A stretch of 62,877 bases of DNA, filler included, from Octopus bimaculoides (Eukaryota): assembly GCF_001194135.2 (NCBI RefSeq). It is 8 parts of 7 records of this genome, joined end to end, with 100 filler letters (N's around TTAATTAATTAA, not from the genome) between each part and the next. Parts side by side here need not be neighbours in the genome. Positions count along the whole stretch, not along the records: positions 1 to 9,257 come from NC_068986.1; positions 9,358 to 29,033 come from NC_068989.1; 6 more parts are not named here. One strand, given 5' to 3'. This document shows, in pieces, positions 1 through 12,600 of this stretch; position 1 is the stretch's first letter, and the number at the start of each line of letters is the position of its first letter. The notes under the pieces are model-generated. The model was not told where the DNA came from and did not search any database. It worked only from the letters and a program-made list of their open reading frames with translations. The position numbers and the translations under genes were made by a program.

Positions 1-198
1 TATATATATATAAATTCATAAGAATGGTACAACAAGGTACCGATATTTGCTGGAGAATAGCAATCGATATAAAAACGACGCTATTGTATAGCTTCACTGC
101 GTATATACTGGCAAAAATACGTGTGTGCAACAAAACATGAAAAACTTGATACATGGAAATTGATACATTTGTATTAATACATTTGTATTGAAATATTT

Positions 199-228
<30 letters not shown>

Positions 229-229
<1 letters not shown>

Positions 230-390
230 ATGAGCGTCCACAGTTTCCGTGTACGAAATTCCCTCAGAACACATGGCTGGCTTCGGGATTATAGTAGAGG
301 GCACTTTCTCAAGGTGGCGCACAACGGGACTGATCCCGAAACCATGTTGTTGCAAAACAATCTTCCTATCCACACAACCATGGCTGCGCT
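229..390 (-). mobile_element. tRNA-derived SINE, family C (CORE-like), degenerate 5' part
   Basis: Reverse complement reads ...catggtttcgggatcagtccc...ccaccttgagaaagtgccctctactata...acggaaactg, matching the better copies at 39135 and 60021. Confidence 0.7.
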
Positions 391-1097
391 TATGCACAAT
401 AATTACAATTTCACTTCCTTTATTAATATTTAAAAAGTTAGAGTGTTACCCATCTTCAGACGGATATCTTTGGAAGTACATTTTTGCCACCGTCGGTAAT
501 ATCAGGAAGTATACCATTCATATAATGATTATAATTGAAGTCTTGTCGTTATTTGAAAACAAAACTAAAGTATTATTCATCATATGATGGGTAACTTTAG
601 AAATATACTGTTACCACCATGGGTAATATTAGGAAATTGAACATACACACAATAATTATAATTTAAGTTCTATCAAATTTCTTGGAGCTTATATAGAATG
701 AAATGAATACCAGTTTTTTTAAAGAGAAAAAAGTATTTATTACCTTAAAATAAAATTAAATAAAAGTAATTTTCTCATTTGTATACTCGCAATAAATAAA
801 TATTATTATTTTTCTGAATTTTATTACCATAATGGCGATTTTCTTCATCGGAAACCGATCCCTATAGAGTTACATTAGACAAGGAGAATTCTTTTGTATC
901 TCATTGTATTTCATTGTCTTTCTTTCTTTCTTTCTTTCTTTCTGCCTGCCTGTCTGCTTGTGTCCCTTTATCTCTTTTTATCACTACCCCTACCCCTCAC
1001 TCCCTCACGTCTCCCCCTCTCTCTCTAATGTAGTCTCACTGGAGTATTCAATCTTCCAACAAATATTTATTATTATTATTATTATTATTATTAGATA

Positions 1098-1320
1098 TAG
1101 CCTAACGAGCTAGCAGGGACGTTATCACGAAGGGCGCAATGCTTAGCAGTATCCCGCCTGTTGCTACGTTCTGAGTTCAAATTCCGCCACGGTCAACTTT
1201 AGCTTTCATCCTTTCGGGATCGATAAATTAAGTACCAGTGATACACTGGGGTGGATGTAACTGACTAGTCCCCTTCCACAAAGTTTCAGACCTTGTGCCT
1301 TAGGTAAAAATGATTATTGT
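1098..1320 (+). mobile_element. tRNA-derived SINE, family A
   Basis: B-box gagttcaaattcc, central ctttcatcctttcgggatcgataaattaagtaccag and ATT tail; matches copies at 2326, 2590 and 48237. Confidence 0.85.
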
Positions 1321-1324
1321 TTAT

Positions 1325-1536
1325 TCTACTCGAAGCACAAGACCCAAAATTTTTTGGGGAGGTGGGGCCAGTCAATTAGATCGACCCCAGTATGCAACTG
1401 ATACTTAGTTTATCGACGCCGAAAGGATGACAGGCAAAGTCAACCTCGGCGGAATTTGAACTTGGAATGCAACGACAGACGAATTAACGCTTAGCATTTC
1501 GCCCGGCGTGCTAACGATTCTGCCAGCTCGCCGCCT
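1325..1536 (-). mobile_element. tRNA-derived SINE, family A
   Basis: Ends ...gtgctaacgattctgccagctcgccgcc, the reverse complement of the family A head ggcggcgagctggcagaatcgttagcac. Confidence 0.9.
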
Positions 1537-1545
1537 AATAATAAT

Positions 1546-1639
<94 letters not shown>
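1537..1639. repeat. compound (AAT)/(AAC) microsatellite
   Basis: Direct reading. Confidence 0.95.
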
Positions 1640-1640
<1 letters not shown>

Positions 1641-1827
1641 GTAAAATACTGTCTATGTGATCTCAAATTTTAAAGCAAACACATAATTTTCTTATGGTTT
1701 CTTAAACATTCACTTGAACAAAACTGTACAAATCCAAATATATGGTACCCTAGGCATAACACCTACATGAACTTGTTGTCTCTTGAGGTCTCTGGGTGAG
1801 ACTTGGATCCAACTTGTACAAATGCAA
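1640..1827 (+). mobile_element. Dong/R4-type non-LTR retrotransposon, 3' end (last codons RKILSM* plus 3' UTR)
   Basis: Near-identical reverse complement of about 3841-4035, with a 7-bp indel and a few substitutions; starts directly after (AAT)n and runs into an N-gap. Confidence 0.85.
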
Positions 1828-2263
1828 NNNNNNNNNNNNNNNNNNNNNNNNNNNNNNNNNNNNNNNNNNNNNNNNNNNNNNNNNNNNNNNNNNNNNNNNN
1901 NNNNNNNNNNNNNNNNNNNNNNNNNNNNNNNNNNNNNNNNNNNNNNNNNNNNNNNNNNNNNNNNNNNNNNNNNNNNNNNNNNNNNNNNNNNNNNNNNNNN
2001 NNNNNNNNNNNNNNNNNNNNNNNNNNNNNNNNNNNNNNNNNNNNNNNNNNNNNNNNNNNNNNNNNNNNNNNNNNNNNNNNNNNNNNNNNNNNNNNNNNNN
2101 NNNNNNNNNNNNNNNNNNNNNNNNNNNNNNNNNNNNNNNNNNNNNNNNNNNNNNNNNNNNNNNNNNNNNNNNNNNNNNNNNNNNNNNNNNNNNNNNNNNN
2201 NNNNNNNNNNNNNNNNNNNNNNNNNNNNNNNNNNNNNNNNNNNNNNNNNNNNNNNNNNNNNNN

Positions 2264-2316
<53 letters not shown>

Positions 2317-2325
2317 ATATAGCAA

Positions 2326-2527
2326 GGCGGTGAGCTAGCAGAATCGTTAGCACGCCAGACGAAATGATCAACGGTATTTCGCACCGTCTCTACGTTCTGA
2401 GTTCAAATTCCGCTGAGGTCGAATTTGCCTTTCATCCTTTGAAGGTCGATAAAATAATTACCCGCTGAGTACTGGGTAGATGTAATCGACTAGCCCCCTC
2501 CCAAAAAGTTTCAGGTAGAAAGGATTA

Positions 2528-2530
<3 letters not shown>
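2326..2530 (+). mobile_element. tRNA-derived SINE, family A
   Basis: Head ggcggtgagctagcagaatcgttagcacg, B-box gagttcaaattcc, tail gtagaaaggattatt running into (ATT)n. Confidence 0.9.
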
Positions 2531-2588
<58 letters not shown>

Positions 2589-2589
2589 A

Positions 2590-2810
2590 GGAGGTGAGCT
2601 GGCAGAATCGTTAGCACGCCGGGCGAAAAGCTTAGCAGCTTTTCGTCCCTCTTCACGTTATGAGTTCAAATTTACCGAGGTCGAATTTGCCTTTCATCCC
2701 TTCGGGGTCGATAAGTTAAGAACCAGTGAAGCATTGGGGTCGATGTGATCGACTCAAATTCCCTCCCCACAAGCTGCCCTTGTGGCAAAAAATTTAAATC
2801 ATTGTTATAG
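2590..2810 (+). mobile_element. tRNA-derived SINE, family A
   Basis: Head ggaggtgagctggcagaatcgttagcacgccgggcg and central tttgcctttcatcccttcggggtcgataag. Confidence 0.9.
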
Positions 2811-2819
2811 TTATTATTA

Positions 2820-3255
2820 TTGAGTGAGAGATCAGTGCATGCCATCAAAGTGACACTGGGGTACAAATATACGAAGCCCAATATACCCATCATTAATACA
2901 CGCCTGGTGAGAGTACACCAGGCACATGCATCACAACCATATGTGTGAGTCATGGTGATCTCATATGAAGTTAAACAGTGCATGACCTTGCAGGTGGGTC
3001 CCAGTTAAGAATTTTCATCCCGCTCAAATGGTCCTTGAATAAGGGTTGTTTAAGGATGTTGAATGAAACACCCATGTTTCCAGATGTAAATTACCCGAAC
3101 TTCAAACAATTCCTCTCAATATATGGCTATGATTGTCTCCCACTACTTCTGCTCATGATCAGAGATGCACATATCGTCAGCCACCAAGGGACATGCTCAA
3201 CTGGTTAAGGTCAAACAACCGACAAGGAAATCTGTGCTACTGAGCAGAATATTTG
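2820..3255. repeat. unclassified interspersed repeat-like segment
   Basis: GC-richer non-coding block bounded by microsatellites; family not identifiable from this window alone. Confidence 0.3.
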
Positions 3256-3304
3256 TTGCAGCTCATCTTCTATCATCATGATCATCATGATCATCATGAT
3301 CATG

Positions 3305-3344
<40 letters not shown>

Positions 3345-3366
3345 CCATCATTATTATTATTATTAT

Positions 3367-3431
<65 letters not shown>

Positions 3432-3448
3432 TTATTATTATTATTATT
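3255..3448. repeat. compound microsatellite (CATGAT)-(CAT)-(TAT)-(TAC)-(TAT)
   Basis: Direct reading. Confidence 0.95.
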
Positions 3449-3704
3449 GCCTTTGCACAACCTCTAATGCTGGAGATCTATTACTGTGTCAGCTGTTCAC
3501 TACCAGTGAACTAAGGTAACACCTCTTATTTTTCGAGCACCTTCTGGAGTGTTCGAGCGGTTCCAAGCAGTGCTGTTTTCTGCAAGTGCTCCACCCTAAT
3601 TGCAGCCCCTATTTGTTCTACGTACTTCTCGAGACGTTTGCTCCCTGTTCCAGGGCTCCGACAATTATTGGTACTACTGCTACCTTTTTCATCGACCACA
3701 ACCG
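3449..3704 (-). mobile_element. Dong/R4-type LINE 3' fragment, second family
   Basis: Minus strand gives RLWSMKKVAVVPIIVGAL, then after a frameshift ...EHLQKTALLGTARTLQKVLEK*, the C-terminal R4/Dong motif; TAA repeats on both sides. Confidence 0.85.
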
Positions 3705-5153
<1,449 letters not shown>

Positions 5154-5384
5154 TATTATTATCATCATCATCATCATTACTATATAGAGATAACAGCGTT
5201 CGAGTGAGACAAAGAAAAACACGAGGAAAATGAAGTGCTACACGTCAGTCGCTTTGGTGGAAACATTAAGGAAATAAAAATCATTTTAACAGCTGCCAGA
5301 GAGTTCAGACATAAAAGAACATCGTTCATCTTTGGATAAATTTATGAATATTTGTATGTCTGTGTGTTTTTAGATGTGATACAA

Positions 5385-5712
5385 CACAGGTACTCCGTCG
5401 GATACGACAACGAGGGTTACTGCTGATCCGATCAACGAAACAGCCTGCTCGTAATATTAACGTACGAGTGGCTGAGTACTCCACAGACACTGGTAGCATT
5501 AATGTACTTCCCGAATAGATTCAGCATTACACAGAATGTGACAAGGCTGACCCTTTGTAATTACAGGTACAACTCATTTTTGCCAGCTGAGTGAACTGGA
5601 GCAATGTGAAATGAAGTGTCTTGGACACAATTCGATTCGTCGCCAGAAATCGAACTCACGACCTTACGATCGTAATTCAAATATCCCTAACTACTTAGCC
5701 AGACGTCTTCTC
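5385..5712 (-). mobile_element. tRNA-derived SINE related to family B (shared 3' half)
   Basis: Shares ctgatccgatcaacg...ctccacagacac...gtgacaaggctgaccc with family B; different central part gccagctgagtgaactggagcaatgtgaaatgaagtgtc. Confidence 0.75.
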
Positions 5713-5954
5713 CATTCGATACAGTCACACTGATAGAACGAAACATTGACTGGACGATGGAACAACAGTTTTATTCTTGATTGTGTCATTTCTAGCAAGT
5801 TCGTTTCTAAACGACTTGACGCGAAGTATGATCCAACCGCGTGTTATCTTGGTTAAGTTTCATCGACGATTAATCTATTTTTACACAACAATTTGTGACA
5901 GATAAGATACAACTATTAAGAATCCTATCATATATATCTCGTATATACCTACAT

Positions 5955-6246
5955 CATCGTGTCACACCGTCGGTTGCGACGACGAGGGTTCCAGCTGATC
6001 CGATGAACGGAACAGCATGCTCGTGAAATTAACATGCAAATGGCTGAGCTCTCCACAGACACGTGTACCCTTAACGTAGTTCTCGGGGAGATTCAGCGTG
6101 ACACAGAGTGTGACAAGGATCGCCCTTTGAAATACAGGTACAACAGAAACAGGAAGAAAAAGTGAGAGAAAGCTGTGGTGAAAGAGTACAGCAGGGTTCG
6201 CCACCACCCCCTGCCGGAGCCTCGTGGTACTTTAGGTGTTTGCGCT
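5955..6246 (-). mobile_element. tRNA-derived SINE family B, lacking head
   Basis: Collinear with the full copy at 61277-61665. Confidence 0.85.
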
Positions 6247-6692
6247 CCCTCCACCACGCTGATGTTAAAGAATATTTGGATGTGACAGACCAGACGAGAG
6301 AATTCCCCTCACCGAGAACGGTAGACAACGTTATTTCGCGATTATTTTGGCTTATCCATACAGTATACTTAGATCATTTCCAAATGAAGTGAATCGCTTA
6401 ACATACAGTTTGTTGGACCGATGATGTTTACATTATGATAGCTGTTTTTAATTAGTAAATTAATTTTCATTCACATTCTACACCGCAGCACATCAACAAA
6501 CAGACTTCGCTCTATTTGCATATAAGTCATACTCCAGCAATTCACTTCATTACGAGATGATCCGAGGATATGGTATTGACACAATAATGGTGAAATATCG
6601 ATATCTATCATTTTCGGTGATTCTGAGGCGAGTCGTGTCGCTTGATGTTTGACGTTCAGATATTCTTTAACACTCAGCGTCGTGCTGGGAGC
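6245..6692. mobile_element. old foldback/MITE-like element with about 150-bp degenerate inverted arms
   Basis: cacgctgatgttaaagaatat (left) vs atattctttaacactcagcgtcgtg (right); gatcatttccaaatgaagtgaatcgct vs agcaattcacttcattacgagatgatc. Confidence 0.6.
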
Positions 6693-6784
6693 TTTTCCAG
6701 CACGCAAATTTGGCGCATAAGCAAAACACATACACTACATATGCTTGAAGGATAATACATAAGTGTGCGTGTGTTGTGTGTGTT

Positions 6785-6822
<38 letters not shown>

Positions 6823-6840
6823 TTTATATATATATATATA

Positions 6841-7055
6841 TCGAAGGCGTATCTTCTCCCGAATTGCTCGAAATACGGATTAGAAAAACAGCCGACAACT
6901 GATGAAGGGTCGTTCTTTGTGCTATTTGTCTTGTTTTTCCATTCGTTTCTTTCATTGCTCGCAAAAAATGTTTAGATTCCATGTCCTCGTACTCCGTTTT
7001 ATTTTGTCGCTTACGTTTTGTGACGTCCTGTGCCCACATATGCATATGTATATAC
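6841..7055 (+). repeat. dispersed repeat copy 1 (about 215 bp)
   Basis: Direct copy of 7688-7885: tcgaaggcgtatcttctc...gccgacaactgatgaag...gacgtcctgtgcccacatatgcat. Confidence 0.8.
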
Positions 7056-7687
7056 GTATACATGTAAGTATGTGCGTATACGTATGTATATATATGCGTA
7101 TATATATATATATATTATTTATATTATTATATGATTGCACACCACGCATCCTTTTCCAAGTACATTATATCTTAATAATTCTGACGCGGGCCTCTGTTCT
7201 TCCAATTACTCTTTCGTTTTTCTCACTTCCTTTCTCTTATTGTTTTACTTCCTCTTTTCCCACTATCCTATCCTTCTACTCTCTCGTTTTCTCCCATCCT
7301 TTTCTCTTATTCTTTTACGTCCCCTTCTTCTCTTTTTTCTCTCTTATCCTATTTCCAGATCTATCCCTCTCCCCTTCCCTATTCTCTCTCTGTCACTCTC
7401 TCTCCCTCACTCTTTCTCCTTTGCTCACGTGGCTCCCACGTGTCCATCGGTCATTTTTCTTTCTTCTTCTAACTTGTGTTCCTTTCTTTCCTCCTGTTGC
7501 AGCTGGACAAAGACGTATTCTTGTCTGTCTCCTGTCCAAACTTGTTTCTTCGCGTTTGCTATCACAACCTCGTTTAGTCTTAGCAGCCCTTCCTGTTTCT
7601 TTTCACTGTCCTGTTTTTGTCACCAACTTTAACTCTCCGCAAAATCCCAAATTTTATTTAATTTGCTTTGCGGGAGCAACTGTTTTA

Positions 7688-7885
7688 TCGAAGGCGTATC
7701 TTCTCGTGAAATGGCTAAAATACGGATTAGCCGACAACTGATGAAGAGACGTTCTTTGTGTTGTTGATCATGTTTTCCATTTGTTTCTTTCGTTGCTCGC
7801 CCAGAAAGTCCATATTCCATGTCCTCGTACTTCGTATAGTTTTATGTTTACAATTTTTGACGTCCTGTGCCCACATATGCATTAT
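7688..7885 (+). repeat. dispersed repeat copy 2
   Basis: Diverged direct copy of 6841-7055. Confidence 0.8.
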
Positions 7886-8738
7886 GTACGTATACGTATG
7901 TATACGTACATAATGGTATCCATCCAACTGCCTAGCTGTAGCATTCGATAAACATAAAGAAGGGAATTAATTAAATCTAGCTCCGCANNNNNNNNNNNNN
8001 NNNNNNNNNNNNNNNNNNNNNNNNNNNNNNNNNNNNNNNNNNNNNNNNNNNNNNNNNNNNNNNNNNNNNNNNNNNNNNNNNNNNNNNNNNNNNNNNNNNN
8101 NNNNNNNNNNNNNNNNNNNNNNNNNNNNNNNNNNNNNNNNNNNNNNNNNNNNNNNNNNNNNNNNNNNNNNNNNNNNNNNNNNNNNNNNNNNNNNNNNNNN
8201 NNNNNNNNNNNNNNNNNNNNNNNNNNNNNNNNNNNNNNNNNNNNNNNNNNNNNNNNNNNNNNNNNNNNNNNNNNNNNNNNNNNNNNNNNNNNNNNNNNNN
8301 NNNNNNNNNNNNNNNNNNNNNNNNNNNNNNNNNNNNNNNNNNNNNNNNNNNNNNAAACAGAGAAGAATTAAAGGAAAAAAAAATAATGTGAACAGAAAAT
8401 ATAAAGAAAATAGTGACGTGAAATGTGTTCTAAATAAATCGGTTATAGAAACAGCTGCTGAGAGAAGAAACCATCTTTTTGACCTCACCATTCTCATCTC
8501 CCCTAACATGACCAGCACCCTCAACAATTGACAACTGGTAGCTAGCTAATTAGTAGTCTGTAGAATTGTCTTAGAGCCAAATAGGTATATTACATTTCTA
8601 GACGCTATTTATTATTGTAACCTTGTTGCCATCAACATATCATGTCTACGCCATGTCTTCCGAATTAATTTATTCCCCGTCTGATGAATTTGTTCTATCT
8701 TATCTTTCTAAATTGCTCCTGAACGTCAACAGAGCATC

Positions 8739-8770
<32 letters not shown>

Positions 8771-8934
8771 CTTGCCATTGTTGTTGTTTTTGTTTTTGTT
8801 GTAGAGTCTTCTTTTGTTAAACTTATTATTTTTCTTTTGCTTGTCATGAAGATTACGCATTTCATTCATTTAACAATCTATTCAGATAACTGTTTATCTA
8901 TCCATCTCTCCCTCCGCAATTACTCAGACGTCCT

Positions 8935-8988
8935 GCCTACCTACCTACCTACCTACCTATCTATCTATCTATCTACCTACCTACCTAC

Positions 8989-9047
<59 letters not shown>

Positions 9048-9060
9048 ACTATCTATCTAT
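8935..9060. repeat. (CTAC)/(CTAT) tetranucleotide microsatellite
   Basis: Direct reading. Confidence 0.95.
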
Positions 9061-9301
9061 CGTTGTGTTTGCGTATGCGTGTGCGTGCATGCGTGCATGT
9101 ATGTATCAGCGTCAGTTCACGCGCGTGTATGTCTTTAAGTGTATGTGTGCATGTTTGTATATATTTGTATATATTTATATATACACACACACATATATGC
9201 ATACATGCATACATACATACACATATGTACATATATATATATATCTATATATATATANNNNNNNNNNNNNNNNNNNNNNNNNNNNNNNNNNNNNNNNNNN
9301 N

Positions 9302-9313
9302 TTAATTAATTAA
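9302..9313. other. assembly linker TTAATTAATTAA inside N-gaps (also near 29078, 32692, 46671, 52921, 56982, 59155)
   Basis: Essentially the same 12-mer, always embedded between N runs. Confidence 0.9.
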
Positions 9314-9357
9314 NNNNNNNNNNNNNNNNNNNNNNNNNNNNNNNNNNNNNNNNNNNN

Positions 9358-9989
9358 AAACACTGACATTTGAAGTTAGATGTCACTACTGTTCATATCA
9401 TCTGTGGATAAATTCAAAATTTGATGATATCACCAGTAGTAGCATTGGTGGAACGCAGTTATGATAGCTTTTAGGAGCTATGAAATATTGTAATGATGCT
9501 TAATGAGCATCTACCTGCTAGAAATAAGAGCCAAGTCTTAAATAATCCACCGTAGCACACCAATGTAACAGAGAAAAACAGTATGCGAGGAAAACAGACC
9601 GAATTAAAACATTTAACAGCACAAATAAAAGTAATATGCAATTACGGATATCCACAATCCAGGTTTCTGCTTTTGGTTATTCAACCTTGAGCTTCGTCAG
9701 TGTGGACCACCAGTTTAAATCCATGACTGTTCACGTTAGTCTCTGACTGTGCAACTGGTTTTGCTTTGCGCCAAAATCAGAGCACATGGTGCGTAAAAAT
9801 ATTTAAATAAAATATTCAAACACTGAGATTTGAAGTTAGATGTCACTACTGTTCATATCATCTGTGGATAAATTCAAAATTTGATGATATCACCAGTAGT
9901 AACATTGGTGGAACGCAGTTATGATAGCTTTTAGGAGCTATAAAATATCGTAATGATGCTTAATGAGCATCTACCTGCTAGAAATAAGA
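9358..9989 (+). repeat. 172-bp direct duplication with 460-bp period (9358-9529 and 9818-9989)
   Basis: About 4 substitutions between copies by hand comparison; first copy starts at a gap edge. Confidence 0.85.
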
Positions 9990-10844
9990 TCTATGTGTAT
10001 GTGTATACAGATGTATGTGTATGTATTTATATATGTACACATATAGATAGATATTAATACAGATATAGATTGCAGATTCATTCTTTCTTGAGGTTGGTCT
10101 TCATTAATCATTAATGTCCGGAAAAGGTTGGATGAAATGCAGTATGTTTATAGACTCCGAGCATTTATAATTTATTTTTTTGTTGATACAGCTGTAACAT
10201 TCCATCCGGAATTCATCATCAAAACATGTTCTAACATATATAAAGATAGCAATTCTTAAACCAATGTGTTGCCACATATGGCTACACACTTACTTGTATT
10301 AGAATTCCATCTATCACAATATATCGGAAAGAAATAAAAATCTTTTAATTATTTGAAGAGTGTAATATACTGATAATTCAGTATCTTCAAATGCCCTTCA
10401 CTTCCTCTATAATCTTTCTGTCATCATTGAATCACACACCCATTTCAAATTTCCTGCATGTTATCTTTAAACATAATATTGGCTTATCATAAGTTCTGCA
10501 AAAGTGATCCAATAACTTATCTAATCACCCTAGATCAGTTATACAAAATCTAGTGAAAAGAAAAACGTTTTGATTATGTAATATCTCTCTTAAACGATGT
10601 ATACTTAACGATCATTTTCACTTTTACAACAAGGCTCGAATCAGTAATGGATATTCTGAAAAAAACCCAAAAAACTTTCATATATTCCTACGATTGAGAT
10701 ATCTTTATGTAGAAGAATCCTTAAATAATCTTCCTTTCAATTTAGAAGAATTTTCCCGTGTAGGTTGATATGTCTGTCTTTGGTTTAGGAAATTCCCACT
10801 TCATTATATATAGTGCAATACAGATATATGTATATAGGACGTAC

Positions 10845-10975
10845 TTCTTTAGGCTTCTTTCTGAAAATCGACTCCTAAGGTGTTGGTCGGCCCGGGGTTA
10901 TAGATGAATACACCAAACATCACATGCAGCAGGACATAATTCGGAACTATGTGGTTGAGAAGCAAACTTGTTACA
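10845..10975 (-). mobile_element. SINE family C, degenerate 5' part
   Basis: ttggtcggcccggggttatag and gaactatgtggttgagaagcaaactt are reverse complements of family C head motifs. Confidence 0.6.
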
Positions 10976-11237
10976 ACACAGTCATTTACACATACTCATG
11001 CACACAAAACTGCACAAAGACACACTCACACACATATATATAGAGAGACACAGAGAGAAAAGAGAGCGTGCCATAGACAGATAGATAGATATATTGATGC
11101 AAAAATATATTTAAATATAGACACACAAAGCTACCCGTGTGTGTATATATTTACACACACATACACGCAAACACACTCTAATGTGTGTGAGTTTGTCTTT
11201 TTGTGTGTGTGTGGGTATGTGAGCTTGTGTGTGTATT

Positions 11238-11310
<73 letters not shown>

Positions 11311-11729
11311 TGTTGCTATTCAGATTCGTGGCAAAGAATCACGATATTTGAAATTTCTATTTTAATCAAAGTATATTAGGAGACTCAAGTAAATATCGAG
11401 TAATGGCGTTTTTCTTTTTACATATTTTGTCATGATATTTAGATGTTTCTGTATATGCATATAGGCCTGCATCCACAGACGTATCGATGATGACGCCCGT
11501 AGTATAGATGTATACACGCATACACGCATACATGCGAATCTATTTCATTTAAATTGTATATGCACAGGTAATCATGTATGTATGTATATATAAGCATATA
11601 TACATACAATACATGTATGTGTGTATAAATATATATGTATATATATATATAAATATATATATGTATATATAAATATACATATATATATATATACATTTAT
11701 ACATNNNNNNNNNNAGACACACACTCACA

Positions 11730-11770
<41 letters not shown>

Positions 11771-11789
11771 CAAACAATGTAAGGAAAGG

Positions 11790-12600
11790 AACATGTTAAG
11801 CCCGGACACAATTGTTTCAAACTTAAAACAATTTAAACAACGCAAGTTGTTGCACACCTAAAAGATGCTTCTGATCTTATTACTTTTACGATGAACGAAA
11901 TTCCATTCTTTACACATCTTCGACTAACCAATATCAAGCAAAGAAAAGTATGTGCCACTGAGATGGTGGAGTGGTCACTACAATGTTGGGACACTGTCAT
12001 ATTCTCTGATTAGTCCAGATTTGATGTAATCAAGAATTTGACCTGAAAAATTGCGTGCAACAATGAAACACAGCAGCTATTCTGTGATGATCTGCTGCGC
12101 AATTTGTCATGGTCGATCACACCTGGTGAAGTATGCGGGAAACATAAACTCAGATAAATATGTGCCCATATTGCTGAAAGCATTCCGTGTAACCTTCTAT
12201 TGTGCTGAAATGATTAAATGAAACTCTTTATGTAAGTAAGATGGAACTCCTTGTCACACATCTAAAATTATCCAAGATTCGTTAGAAGAAAATGGCATTT
12301 TCTTCTATAAAAAGCTTTCATGGCCAGGATAGTCACCAGAAATGAAATCTATTGAATAAATGTGGGGCATAATGGACAGAACACTTCGTAAAATGGTCAC
12401 AAAAACATCCTCAAAGCAGATCTTTTGAGATTGCTGCATGAAACTTGGCAAGTAATCCCGCGGGTGAATATTCGTCATTTGATCAGTAGCATACATAATT
12501 GAGTCCTTGCATTGAAAATATTCGATATTCACATTATAATAATTAATAAATAATTTGAATGCATAATTTCAGATTAAAATTAATTTTAACGATTAGAAAT
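11790..12600 (+). mobile_element. Tc1-like transposase pseudogene (DD34E type)
   Basis: Degenerate translation WDTVIFSD*SRF...ATMKHSSYSVMI...DGTPCHTSK...SWPG*SPEMKSIE*MWG; many stops and frameshifts. Confidence 0.8.

Noticed and set aside
6895-6910. CTGATGA here and at 7738, 8682, 24355, 31456 and 60181
   Set aside because: No correctly placed stem II plus GAAA.
6902-7741. 279-aa hydrophobic ORF resembling a membrane protein
   Set aside because: Arises from CT-rich low complexity and TA repeats, which lack stops; no family motif.
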